Notes: a model not told the origin generated them from the sequence alone. Counted from the first letter of the stretch, positions 27,766 to 39,632 are shown. The stretch is DNA of 64,000 nucleotides from Octopus vulgaris (GCA_951406725.2 OX597828.1:17360001-17424000), one strand, 5' to 3'. A program made the numbers and translations.

Positions 27766-27801
<36 letters not shown>

Positions 27802-27803
27802 CA
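27340..27803. repeat. (TA)n/(CA)n compound microsatellite
   Basis: Direct reading. Confidence 0.9.
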
Positions 27804-28407
27804 CCAGTGTTGATACATAGACCTATAATCTGAGGCTATTTGTTTACTGTATGTATGTTTATGTATTCATTGATACGTTGGTGATTATAGCGGCTTGTAG
27901 ATTGTACAACATGCTATTTATATAGACGTCTATTTATGTGTGAATCCACAATGATTCAGTCAGTATAGCACCTCATATTATACACGGTTAAGGAATTATC
28001 TTCAAATTGTTTGCTTGAAATGACACTTCTCGTATGTTTAACTTATTAGCTATCATACAACATTTATGCGCAATTACCCATAAATATTTTAGCTCCCAGA
28101 GCGAGCTGGTCCTTTTATAACGATCAAATATTAGCAACAGAGCGTCGACGTTATTCCAAAGTCAAACATATGTATGTAAATACACGTACATAACAGAAAC
28201 GTATATATACATATGTGGGCGCGCACACATACATACACACACACACACACACAGACACATACACATACATGTGTACGTGTGTGTATTCTGAAATGCAAAA
28301 TACATATGCAAACGCTCATAAAGACATACGCACACAATGTATATATCTAATACAATATTATATATATATATACATGTATATATATATATATATATATATT
28401 ATATATG

Positions 28408-28459
<52 letters not shown>

Positions 28460-28574
28460 TACACTTGTGGTCATTATGGACTGAATACAAAAGAAATTCT
28501 CATCGTCTTACGCTAGCCTTCACTCAGCAACATTATTCAATATTGTTTGCCTACTATTGAACTGTCTTGTCTTA

Positions 28575-28682
28575 TCTTCTTCTTCTTCTTCTTCTTCTTC
28601 TTCTTCTTCTTCTTCTTCTTCTTCTTCTTCTTCTTCTTCTTCTTCTTCTTCTTCTTCTTCTTCTTCTTCTTCTTCTTCTTCT
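28575..28682. repeat. Perfect (TTC)n tract, about 36 units
   Basis: Direct reading. Confidence 0.97.
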
Positions 28683-28892
28683 CCTTCCGAATCTTCTTCT
28701 TACATAACTGTCGCCCATCTACTCCACGGAATTTATATTATTTCAAATAAACTGCATTGCTCATTGCCGTTTCTTTGACACATCCGTGTGGTTTTGTCCC
28801 CAGCACTTTGCTCGGTATTTGATATTTTTGTTTTTTGTTCTTCCTCAGAACTGTACCTTGAAGCAAGATCCATCAATATATATATATATATA

Positions 28893-29030
28893 TCCTTTTA
28901 TTCTTTTATTTGTTTCAGTCATCTGACTGCGGCCATGCTGGAGCACCGACTTTATTCGAACAAATGGATCCCAGGGCTTATTCTTTGTAAGCCTAGTACT
29001 TATTCTATCGGTCCCTTTCCCGAACTTTTC
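28893..29030 (-). mobile_element. SINE family A, 3' fragment
   Basis: tgtttcagtcatctgactgcggccatgctggagcaccg...ttctttgtaagcctagtacttattctatcgg. Confidence 0.8.
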
Positions 29031-29058
29031 CCGGTTGTCATGCAATAGTGCGGGTGAG

Positions 29059-29122
<64 letters not shown>

Positions 29123-29123
29123 G

Positions 29124-29157
<34 letters not shown>

Positions 29158-29243
29158 AACATAGTAAAAAGGTAATAAAATAAATTATTATTACCGGTGA
29201 TCTAGCACAAAAGACATGTTGGCCATTAGGCTATATGTTATTC

Positions 29244-29661
29244 ATATATAAGTACGTTAAAAGGCCTCTAAAAGAAGAAGCAAGTACTAGATCACAAAAA
29301 GTGGATAAATTCAATGAAATAAAATCAAAAACGTTTACAAACTCGGCTCATCTTATACTGCAGTTTCGTCTTTTTTTTAGCAGTAAATATAATTTATCTG
29401 CCAAGGCTAGACTCTTCAGTAAGCAGCCTTTGTTATCCTAGAAGTACATTTCCTTAGAAACATGTGCGGTTCTAGCGACTTGCATTCTCTAACTTTTCAG
29501 AGTCTAGCCTTGGCAGATAAATTATATTTACTGCTAAAAAAAGACGAAACTGCAGTATAAGATGAGCCGAGTTTGTAAACGTTTTTGTTTTTATTTCATT
29601 GAATTTATCTACTTTTTGTGATCTAGTACTTGCTTCTTCTTTTAGAGGCCTTTTTAATGTA

Positions 29662-29670
<9 letters not shown>
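29244..29670. mobile_element. Penelope-like derived module: 170-bp inverted repeat (arms 29244-29415 and 29499-29670) flanked by TA repeats
   Basis: Arms differ at about 5 positions; 83-bp spacer; contains an HHR motif; inverted partial pseudo-LTRs are typical of PLE insertions. Confidence 0.75.
29337..29433 (-). ncRNA. Type I hammerhead ribozyme, intact core
   Basis: Minus strand: ACAAA-GGCU-g-CUUA CUGAAGA GUCU...AGAC GAAA CUGCAG UA UAAG-aug-AGCC-gag-UUUGU; core consensus, stem I, stem II and palindromic stem III all present. Confidence 0.8.
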
Positions 29671-29704
<34 letters not shown>

Positions 29705-29789
29705 TTATATATCACATCTATTTCTCCATCTCATTCTATATTTTGTATCTTATCAAAAATAAGTATTATTTAACCATCCTCTCACACCA

Positions 29790-29835
29790 TCTTCGATGAA
29801 GGGATGTACTAAATATCATGGAAACAGCTGTAAGA
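29790..29835 (+). ncRNA. Degenerate type I hammerhead motif
   Basis: tct TCGATGA agggatgtactaaatatcatg GAAA cagctg TA aga; CU of the core replaced by UC. Confidence 0.5.
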
Positions 29836-29905
29836 CCTTCTGTCTATAAATGTCCTAAAATCTACACAACCTTGTTTATTTTTTATCTCATTATGAAAAC
29901 AAAAT

Positions 29906-29947
<42 letters not shown>

Positions 29948-29979
29948 TTTATTTAAAAGCAGCAAAAGTTTAACAAATG

Positions 29980-30017
29980 CTGTTACTCGGAGTTTAACGT
30001 ACCCGTTCGTCGGACAG
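29980..30017 (-). ncRNA. Variant/degenerate type I hammerhead motif inside a small hairpin element (29947-30051)
   Basis: Minus strand: ctgt CCGACGA acg ggta cgt TAAA ctccgag TA acag; stems I-III pair, core has U4C and G12U. Confidence 0.5.
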
Positions 30018-30120
30018 TTTTGTTAAAAATTTCTGCTGCTATTAAATAAAGCATATTACTCTACCTCTGGTAATTGAGTACTCTTTTTTCCACCTTGTTT
30101 CACACTTATGTGTTTACTCC

Positions 30121-30188
<68 letters not shown>

Positions 30189-31266
30189 CATATATATATT
30201 CAAATGTAGTGAAAATAACAGAGGCAATATCCAAATAATTGCAGAAAAATGGTGGACTGTATAATTATCACAAAGGTGCCCTTATAGATAGACGGGATTT
30301 CGATTAAATCATTAAATCTTGATCTGATTGGAGAGGCACAATGAACGTAAGGGGATAGTGAGTGAAGATGTTTACAGATTGTGAGCTATAAGTTATTTCA
30401 TAAGGTAGATGATTTTGTAATTATTACGAATGTGTCAGAACAAAGAAATAAAAAAGAAAGTAAAATGAAAGACTGAATACGTGATCTATTAGTTGCAGTG
30501 TGTAGTTAGGTGCGAGTCTCTACCGCCTAAATAGCTATGATTTGGGAACTGCAGTCTAGGATATTTGCGAGTGTAGCCAAAAGGCTGTCCATATTTATGA
30601 CCACCACTTCAAGTTAGTCACTCTAACATACAGGTTATTGACCTTATTGATCTTATCTTTATATTTTTACTAACGCCTGGTACATTCCAATCAGATCTGA
30701 AATACTGTTCAGCGTCGACCTTCTTGCAATTAAATTCATTTAATCGCGAAAGGATCGATTAAAAAGCAATTAGTAGAATTTTATGCAACAGATAGCAATG
30801 CCGAGTAAGAAATGAAAGAATAATAGAGGTCACTAAACTCATTTATATCAATGAGAGGCTTGTGTAATATGTGGAGAAACGTTTCGATATGCTCTTTCTA
30901 TTACCATAGTGGACGGCGTAAAAACGCACCAAAAATAACATCTCCAGAAATCACACTCAGCCCTACATGTAAATATTTGCTTATATTACATACTCTGGAA
31001 TCGTTCTATCCCCGAATATGAGCTGCAAAATTTGAATTTGATGCATTTTCAATATACTCATGAGTTTTTTAGGTCATCAAACATAGTTTTTATATTCTAT
31101 GCAATCTGATAGATTATCTTGGGAGACGTCACATTGCAGGCCAGAAGTTTTGCGAGATGATAAAAAAACCTACGCGGCTGAGTAATGCAAAGCCTAAGGA
31201 TGATAGGAACATAGCAGAAGACTGGACAAGAACGGAAGGAGTTAAAATTCGCAAACATTTTCCATC

Positions 31267-31302
31267 TAGTAGTAGTATTAGTATTAGTAGTAGTAGTGGT
31301 AT

Positions 31303-31342
<40 letters not shown>
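31267..31342. repeat. (TAG)n microsatellite
   Basis: Direct reading. Confidence 0.9.
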
Positions 31343-31354
31343 CATATGAGAATC

Positions 31355-31738
31355 GGCATGTAATGGCTGTGTGGTTAGTAGCTTGCTTACGAACCACATG
31401 GTTCATTCTCACTGCGTGGCACCTTTGTCAAATGTCTTCTACTATAGCCTCGGGCCGACCACAGCCTTGTGAGTGGATTTGCTAGACGGAAACTGAAAGA
31501 AGCCCGTCGTATATATGTATATATATATGTATGTGTGTGTGTATGATTGTGTGTTTGTGTTTGCCCCCCCCCCCCCGCAACATCGCTTGACAACCGATGC
31601 AAAAGAGACAGATAGAATAAGCACTAGGCTTACAAGGAAGAAGTCCTGGGGTCAAATTGCTTGACTAAAGGCGGTGGTCCAGCATGGCCACAATGAAATG
31701 ACTGAAACAAGTAAAAGTGAAAAGAGAGTAAAAAGAGT
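31355..31738 (+). mobile_element. SINE family A
   Basis: Head, internal microsatellite and gactgaaacaagtaaaag tail. Confidence 0.88.
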
Positions 31739-31739
31739 G

Positions 31740-31935
31740 TTCTACTCTAGGCACAAGGCCCGAAATTTTGGGGATGGGGCTAGTCGATTAGATTGACCCC
31801 AGTAAGCAATTGGTACATGATTTATCAAGCCCGGAAGGATGAAAGGCAAATGGACCTCAGCGAGAACGTAACGACAGACGAAATACCACTGAGTATTTCG
31901 TCCGGCATGCTAACCTTTCTGCCTTATCGCCGCCA
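31740..31935 (-). mobile_element. SINE family B, tail-to-tail with the preceding family A copy
   Basis: tctactctaggcacaaggcccgaaattttgggg...gacgaaatacc...tcgccgcc. Confidence 0.8.
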
Positions 31936-31939
31936 TAGT

Positions 31940-32060
31940 CGGTATATAATAATGGCAGTTCTTCCTTACGGCTGAGAAACTGGGACCTCTGCTACGTCCA
32001 TGACAGCTGCTGCCATTGGAGTGTCTATGCAGCCACCAGAGCCTCTCGCATTGGCAATTT
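31940..32060 (+). mobile_element. Possible RTE-type LINE RT C-terminal relic
   Basis: YIIMAVLPYG*ETGT followed by frameshifted CYVHD...QLL..LE...HQ resembles the RTE motif VLLYGCETWT...LERFHQ; short and degenerate. Confidence 0.3.
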
Positions 32061-32525
32061 GAGTAATACGCCATTTTAATGAACCCGGTAAACAGCACGA
32101 AATAAGCGGCCATATTTTGCTCGATACTGAGGATATCACAGGAATTACCCCAAAACCAAGTCATGGTTTGCATACAAATGCATGAAATGTGTATGTTTCC
32201 GTGAGTTTCTTTCCAGAAAACTGACCAGAAGTGTGATACACATCACTGGTGCTGTGACCACTGATAAATCGAGGAGATTGATGAACGACTAGAATATGTG
32301 AAATGTCCAAATCGTAAACGATTGTTGATAGATGTGATGATGATGATGATGATGATGATGATGACGACTACGACAACGAAATCGACGATGATGATGATTC
32401 TTTGTAGCCTTTCCGCAATGTTAGGGAAAACAATGACGGGTTGATCGTACATGTTCGTAGCTCATATACATCTTGAGCGCAGCAGCAGTATATATAGCAC
32501 GGCCGGCATCACCAGTAACAACTAT

Positions 32526-32552
<27 letters not shown>

Positions 32553-32557
<5 letters not shown>

Positions 32558-33593
32558 GAGCACCCAGATAGCACAGACCTCCACCAAGGCATCACCAAAG
32601 TCCTCTCAATGATCAGCCGGAGATGATTTTTAAAATGACAATATCTAAAATAAACTCGACTGTTCTCACAAACGAGAATACTAACAGTAAACCGAACCGC
32701 TCTTACAAATTAAGTAAGAAAAAAAAGGAAAAATGATCCATAATCTTTTTCCGGTACCTGATCGATCTCAATGGCAGTCATGGAATGTGAAGGTTGGTGT
32801 TCTGGCTGTGTTTCTAATGCTGTATGTGTGTTGTCTGCAGTGAGAACAGGGACAATTTTCTCTATGAATGGCATTTTTGGCCTATCCACTAATATAGTGT
32901 CTATAGAGAAAAGTTTATCCGTGTGTGAAAGGAAACGGAAACGACCTGGATACGGTACTGTTAAACGAGGTTTATCAACATTGTTGCGCAGAAAAACGTT
33001 AGTCCAAGAAGTAAAGCTTCCTTCAAGACAGTGCTAGAAATGCAATTATCAAGTCGGTAAAAAGTTTCAAACAAAGGCGATATATTCAAAATTGTTAAAA
33101 CTAAAAATTGTCGAGGATAAATTAAATTTATTATTGTTACTGAATATGTTAGTGTTATTTAATTTCTGAATGGTTTGGCTGCCATTTGTTTATGTAGTTT
33201 GATTTCTTTATTCATCAGTTTCTACTAAGATAGAGACACGAGTAAAATTAATAATAGCAAAACGAAAACGAAACTTTGGAAAGAAGCTTCGCCGCTATAA
33301 CTTACGGCGAAACCATGATTGTGATTTCAAGGGAGACAATCAGAAAAAGACTTGAAAGTCAACGTAAGATCGTAATACTTCATGTAAAGTAAAGTAAATA
33401 TTACAAATAATCTAGACTCCTTGTCCGGTACCTGATCGATCCCAAAGTCTAATTGTTTCGTGTCGAACACAAGGCCAAACATCCATGAAAGTTTCATCCG
33501 AACTCATGTGGTTCTTGAGATATATTATCCACGGACAAACAAACCTACAAACACGACTGAAAACAATATCTCCTCGTTCGCTAAGGCGGAGGT
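32553..33593 (+). mobile_element. Helentron/HINE-like non-autonomous element, split by an internal insert (5' part 32553-32771, 3' part about 33405-33593)
   Basis: 5' aacaagagc with sub-terminal acctccacc (32577-32585) complementary to 3' ggcggaggt (33585-33593); 3' imperfect hairpin atctcctcgttcgctaaggcggaggt; internal (acaa)n. Confidence 0.6.
32775..33040 (-). mobile_element. Gypsy/Ty3 integrase C-terminal (GPY/F module) relic
   Basis: Minus-strand translation SWTNVFLRNNVDKPRLTVPYPGRFRFLSHTDKLFSIDTILVDRPKMPFIE resembles HVFVRxDxVxxPLxxPYxGPFxVLxxTDKxFxI...VSxDRLKxAF. Confidence 0.7.
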
Positions 33594-33752
33594 ACAAATA
33601 TCGATGTATGTATGTTCGTATGTATTTATTTATATATGTATGTATTTATATATATATATATATATATATATGTGTATATTATAGACAAATCAAAAGTTAA
33701 GATGACAGTGAATGTGTTAAACAGGCTCTCAGCTAAAGTTGGAAAAAATGGA

Positions 33753-33787
33753 GTGCGACGTTTCGAGCATGACTCATCATCAGAAAC
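33753..33787 (-). ncRNA. Minimal PLE-type hammerhead motif, stem I eroded
   Basis: Minus strand: gttt CTGATGA t gagt cat gctc GAAA CG TC gcac; module begins at the edge of a TA tract (about 33680). Confidence 0.55.
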
Positions 33788-34961
33788 AGGGAAGAGAAAA
33801 GGTCCAATAATGGACGTATGGATATGTTAAAATGTAAAGCAAAACAGAAGACATTACAAAATGAAAGGTAATGAAGAAAGAAGCAAAGGAAAGCATATAG
33901 AACAGCAAAGAAAAGAAAATACCTAGGTCTCCAAAAGAATAATTTCCGCTAAACAACTGCAAAGCCGACATGTGTAAGAGAAACTTGAAAGAAATAGCAA
34001 CCATTTTTCCCTATTCCTTTAAAATGAAAATGACGTTAGAACACTTATATTTTAGAGTAAAGGGCCATATCTAAATTTGCTTTAATTTTGAGATCTTTCG
34101 ATTTTAGTTAACTTGGGACCAAAAAACAATGTCGATGAGTCTCCACTTTGTAGTTCTAACTCCTCAAAGTAACTGCTAATTGTGACTGTAATCACATCAT
34201 ATCATTTCAAAAGACCACATTGAACACTCTAGTACTTGGTGTACAAAGAGCGATAGAGTCATGGAAGGATTGTATTTCATCATAGACTAGGATTTAACAG
34301 CAGACCTGGGGTTAAACAGCATGGGTGATAAGGAATGGTAAGCATCTTTTGAATTGAAGGAAAACTTACAAATATGTTAAAAATAAACAAAATCAACTTC
34401 GACGGTTGATCCACTTTTTAATATGCTAACGAGCGACAATTCTAATGGATCTGTCATTAATTAATAATCTTACACATCACGTGACTTACATTACCATACG
34501 ATTGTAAAACAAATTATTATAATTTTCTATGTGTCCTAAGTGATCCTATTCAAGTCCCAAGACGCAGTGTTCGGTCGATTTCATTCTATTGTATTATAAT
34601 TAATTCATGAAGCATTCCTTGGAGATTAACACAAAACAAACGTCAGAACAAAACAAACAAAACAAAATTTATTGTTTTAATATATAATTTTATTGAATAT
34701 TCAATTAAGCGAACGATATTTCTAATTCCAAAAACAAAACAATAAAACACATTGCACTAAAAACTGAAAACAGCAAAAATAAAGAAAATAAAAAAACAAC
34801 TGAGTAAAACAACGAAAAAAATATAGGAGTAGTGCTTTCTTTGTTAACCTTACATTATCAACATTATTATCAAAATTTATTGTATCATATTTTTAGCAAA
34901 GAGCTAAAGTACGATAAAAATACAGTGTTTCTCAAGAGAAAAATACAGAAAATGCTCCTCT

Positions 34962-34962
34962 G

Positions 34963-35019
<57 letters not shown>

Positions 35020-35136
35020 GTATATATTTATGTACGACTTACATATATATGCATGTGTATCTCAATATATATATATAATAATATATACATATGCACAGAC
35101 ATATAAATACATCTATCTATCTATCTCTATATATAT

Positions 35137-35212
<76 letters not shown>

Positions 35213-35349
35213 TTGTATTTGTGCGAATATATTCATATATGTATGTGTATATATGTGTGTATGTATTTGTGTGTTCATATATAGAGTTATGTACAATTGC
35301 AAATTCATTTATACGTACATATATGTGTCTGTATGTGTGTGTGTGTATG

Positions 35350-35430
<81 letters not shown>
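34962..35430. repeat. (TA)n/(CA)n/(TG)n compound microsatellite
   Basis: Direct reading. Confidence 0.95.
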
Positions 35431-35431
<1 letters not shown>

Positions 35432-36024
35432 GATTTTCATTGAAATGAGTCAGAACCATTCTGCACAGCAAACACATTTATCCAATTCTTTGGTATGAGT
35501 CAGCTTAGTAGAGTCCATACTTACACACTAAGTAGAAATACGACTACCAATAAAAACTAAAAAAAACTAAAACTAAAACACCAAGCTTCCGTTAATTTCA
35601 CAATAATGGCTCTCTGTAAAACCACAATCGCTGCGATATCACATGATATACATTTACACTGTTGTGGTTTTGCTTCGGAGATATTAAGTGCCTTCCTCAG
35701 TGATGCAGGGTGCGACCGATGATGTAATAAAAACAAACCTCAAACATTCATCTTCTTATAAACACTCAATTACACAATCAATTCGGATATATCTGCAACG
35801 TTAGGCTGTATTTGTTATACAGCAACAATGAAATTTAATAGTACGCTTCCTTTTGATAGTCCATTGAATGTTAGGATCACCAGCTCATTCGTTACATGTA
35901 GGCGTTTTCATGACGTTATGACAGACCACAATATGAACCGGCTCTGGTAAGATATAGAATTACTTTATAACATATACATAACACATATAGCAAGAGAAAA
36001 CAAACAAACACACACACACACACA

Positions 36025-36393
36025 TCTTTATATATAAAAGTCAAGTTGTGTGTCTGTCTCCTACGATTTAGATTCCTAACTACTCCCACATTTTGCGGTG
36101 CAGTTTAACCAAAACCGGGTATCTTATAGTCGTGATTCATATCGAGCCCGTCTGGGTATTAGCGCGCGTCTACGATGAGTCATTTTTTCCATTTTAATGC
36201 ATTTTTTCGCTATTATATAAGGGAAGTAACTCTCTAAAAATGTCTACAATGAGTCAACGATTTAAAAAAAAATTACCATCATTTTTTTCCCATTTTTAAT
36301 GCATTTTTTGCTATTTTTTGGCTATAACTCTCTAAAAATGCTTATATAGTTATTTCCCTTACAAACCCAAGCAACGCCGGGCGATACTGCTAG
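36025..36393 (+). mobile_element. Non-autonomous Helitron, 369 bp
   Basis: A|TCTTTATATATAAAA 5' end, CTAG|T 3' end, GC-rich subterminal hairpin remnant cccaagcaacgccggg (36366-36381), no TSD, short internal duplication. Confidence 0.85.
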
Positions 36394-36414
36394 TATATAT
36401 ATATATATAACATT

Positions 36415-36640
36415 GAGGTGCGTGGCTTGATCGTAAGATTGTGGTTTCGATTCCTGGACCGGGTGACCCGTTGAGTTCTTGAGCAAAACACTTCCATTCA
36501 CGTTGCTCCACTCCACTCAGCTGGCAAAAATGAGTAACGCTGTGATGGACTGGCGTCCCGTCCCGCTGGGAACACATACGCCATTGAAACCGGGAAACTG
36601 GGCCTATGAGTCTGGCTAGACTTTAAAAGGGCGCATTTTT
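36415..36640 (+). mobile_element. tRNA-headed SINE, head D (internally deleted) + tail X'
   Basis: ggtttcgattcctgg...ttgagcaaaacacttcc...gtgatggactggcgtcccgtccc...gaaaccgggaaactgggcc...gggcgcatttt. Confidence 0.85.
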
Positions 36641-36672
36641 TTATTTATCATATATATATAACATACATAACA

Positions 36673-36703
<31 letters not shown>

Positions 36704-36757
36704 CATATATACAACACATATAACAAGCGAAAACAAAGATATGTAAATATAACATTT

Positions 36758-37198
36758 GCACAGGCGTGGCGGTTTAGTTAGAAGCTTGAGTCCCAATCAC
36801 ATAGTTCCGGGTTGATTCTCAATGCGTAGCACTTTGTGTAAGTGTCATCTGCTATAGCTTGGGACAGAAGAAAGGAAAATGAAAGAAGTTCATGTGGCTC
36901 TCTGGTAAGTAGCTTGCTCATCAACCAAATGGTTCCAGGTACAGTACCACTGCGTGGAACCTTCTACTATAACCGCAGGCCGACCAAAGGATTGTGAGTG
37001 GATTTGGTAGACAGAAACGGAAAGAGGCATGTCGTATATATATATATATATGTATGTATATATATATATGTATATATATATATGTATGTATATATATATA
37101 TGTATGTATATATATATATATATGTATGTATATATATATATATATGTATGTATGTATATATATATGTCGTATATGTATGTATGTATATATATATGTCG

Positions 37199-37236
<38 letters not shown>

Positions 37237-37350
37237 TATATACGTGTGTGTGTGTGTGTCTGTTTGTCTTTGTTCCCCTCCACCGCTTGACAACCGATGT
37301 TGGTGTGTTTACGTCCCCGTAACTTAGTGGTTCCGTAAAGCGAGCCGATA
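36758..37350 (+). mobile_element. SINE family A: truncated head (36758-36865) plus a copy with expanded internal microsatellite (36890-37350)
   Basis: Family A blocks flank a ~220-bp TA/TATG/TG tract. Confidence 0.8.
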
Positions 37351-37932
37351 ATGTGAAAGGGCTAGGATGAGATATGCTACAATGTCGGATTATCTATTTA
37401 ATAATATTCAATTTCATCATTACACAGATTGAAATGTGTTCCTTTTGTACACCTTTAGCCAATAAAAACACGATATAACTCTTTTATTACTGTAATATCT
37501 CATTAATTCAAATCAAAAGATAGCACAGGGGTTTGACAGAATCACTACGAACGACAGAATATACTTTCCTGTATTTCCCTCGCTTCTCTACCTTATATTT
37601 CATCCTTTCGGGGTCGCCCAGGAAAAGTAAATATCTGCGTTAACAAATAATATCCTATTCTCTAAGTTGCTTGCCTAAATAAGAAGCCATTATAAATTTC
37701 ATATATGTTCGTCTCTATATATCTATATACTATTATCTTCTACTTTTCTTGCTTCAGTCATTGGACTGCGACCTCATTGGGGCACTGACCTGAAGGGTTT
37801 GGTCGAAGAAATCGACGCCAGTACTTAAGCGGTCTTCGTAGAGCAAGCACAAACACAGAGACATACATATTTACATACATAAACGCATACATACATACAT
37901 ACGTACACACACACATATATATATATATATAG

Positions 37933-38111
37933 TTGCAGGAGTGGCTGTGTGAGATGTAGCTTGCTTACCAACAACATGGTTCCGGGTTCAGTCCCACTAC
38001 TTGGCACGTTGGGCAAGTGTTTTCTACTATAGCCTCAGGCCGTCCACAACCTTGTCAGTGGCTTTGGTAGACGGAAACTGAAAGAAACCCGTCGTATATA
38101 TGTATATATTT

Positions 38112-38170
<59 letters not shown>
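37933..38170 (+). mobile_element. SINE family A 5' half running into (TA)n
   Basis: gcaggagtggctgtgtg...ggaaactgaaagaaacccgtcg(ta)n. Confidence 0.85.
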
Positions 38171-38172
<2 letters not shown>

Positions 38173-38360
38173 TGACTGGCTAACACAGAGATTGCATCTA
38201 GCAAACTCACTCATTAGGCATTGTCTATCGTTGGAGATACTTACCCAAGTGAGAGATGTATTGAATGTGACTTAATGTATTAGCTGAACACGATAGACAT
38301 AAACCAATTCCTTCTACTCATACACATAAAGAGACATGTGCTCAGGCATATAAAGTGAGA

Positions 38361-38407
<47 letters not shown>

Positions 38408-39009
38408 TTAAAACTTCGGATGCCAAAGGAGTCGACGTCGAATCAGCGTCACCAAATATGCGACGCCGGAACGGCTGTGCCAAAACATTTCCTACATAAA
38501 ATGAAATAGGGTACTTTTGAATACATCGTCTGCCAAACATGTTTCAACTTTTACTAGATTTGTCCTTCTTTTATACTAACTTCAACATAAGACTTAGGAG
38601 TAATTTTACAGCAATATCTAACGTATTTGCACAACATAGGGGCTACCCCAGAGGCTTAGAAGTATGTGAATTACGTGGGTAATATTTCCGCAATTTAATA
38701 TTTTCTATGTCACAGAATTGACAAAGAATTCAGCAGATACATCAAACACAAACTATGTATGTAAAAGTATATATTATCAATCAAATCTCATCTAGAGACA
38801 CATTTTTAGATAAAATATGTTTCGCAATTATAACGGCTGGCTTCTCGAAGCGAAACTTGTGGTACAAACTGTTTGAAATACCATGGAAAAGGAAAAACAT
38901 TTACAGTGAAAGTAATTCAATACACATATCACTGCGGAAATGGTAGAAGCTCATTAGCTAAAAGTAGAATTGTTAGAGATTTTTTTTTTGTTGGTAGGGT
39001 TAGCCAAAA

Positions 39010-39224
39010 CATGTATATGTATACATGTATGTATGTATGTATGTATGTATGTATGTATGTATGCATACATATAAATACACACACACACACACACACACAC
39101 AAATATATATATATATATATATACATATAGATGAATATATGTATATATATATACATATATATTTGTATATATATATATATCAATACATACATGCATATAT
39201 ATTAAATATATATACATGTACGTA

Positions 39225-39301
<77 letters not shown>

Positions 39302-39328
39302 CTGTCTCTCTCTCTCTCTCTCTCTCTA

Positions 39329-39375
<47 letters not shown>

Positions 39376-39548
39376 GTATATCTATACAGATATATATATA
39401 TACATATACATATAAAGGTAAATATAGAAATGCATATACATATGTATGTAATTATATATATATATATATAAATATATATATGTATATATATGTATATATA
39501 TATATGTATGTATATGTATATATATATATGTATATATATATGTATATG

Positions 39549-39601
<53 letters not shown>

Positions 39602-39632
39602 GTATATATATGTATATATATATGTATATATG

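Noticed and set aside
38415-38490. GC-rich degenerate ~14-15-bp periodicity (gccaaa...gac)
   Set aside because: Only about five poor units; may be a DNA-transposon remnant but cannot be classified.
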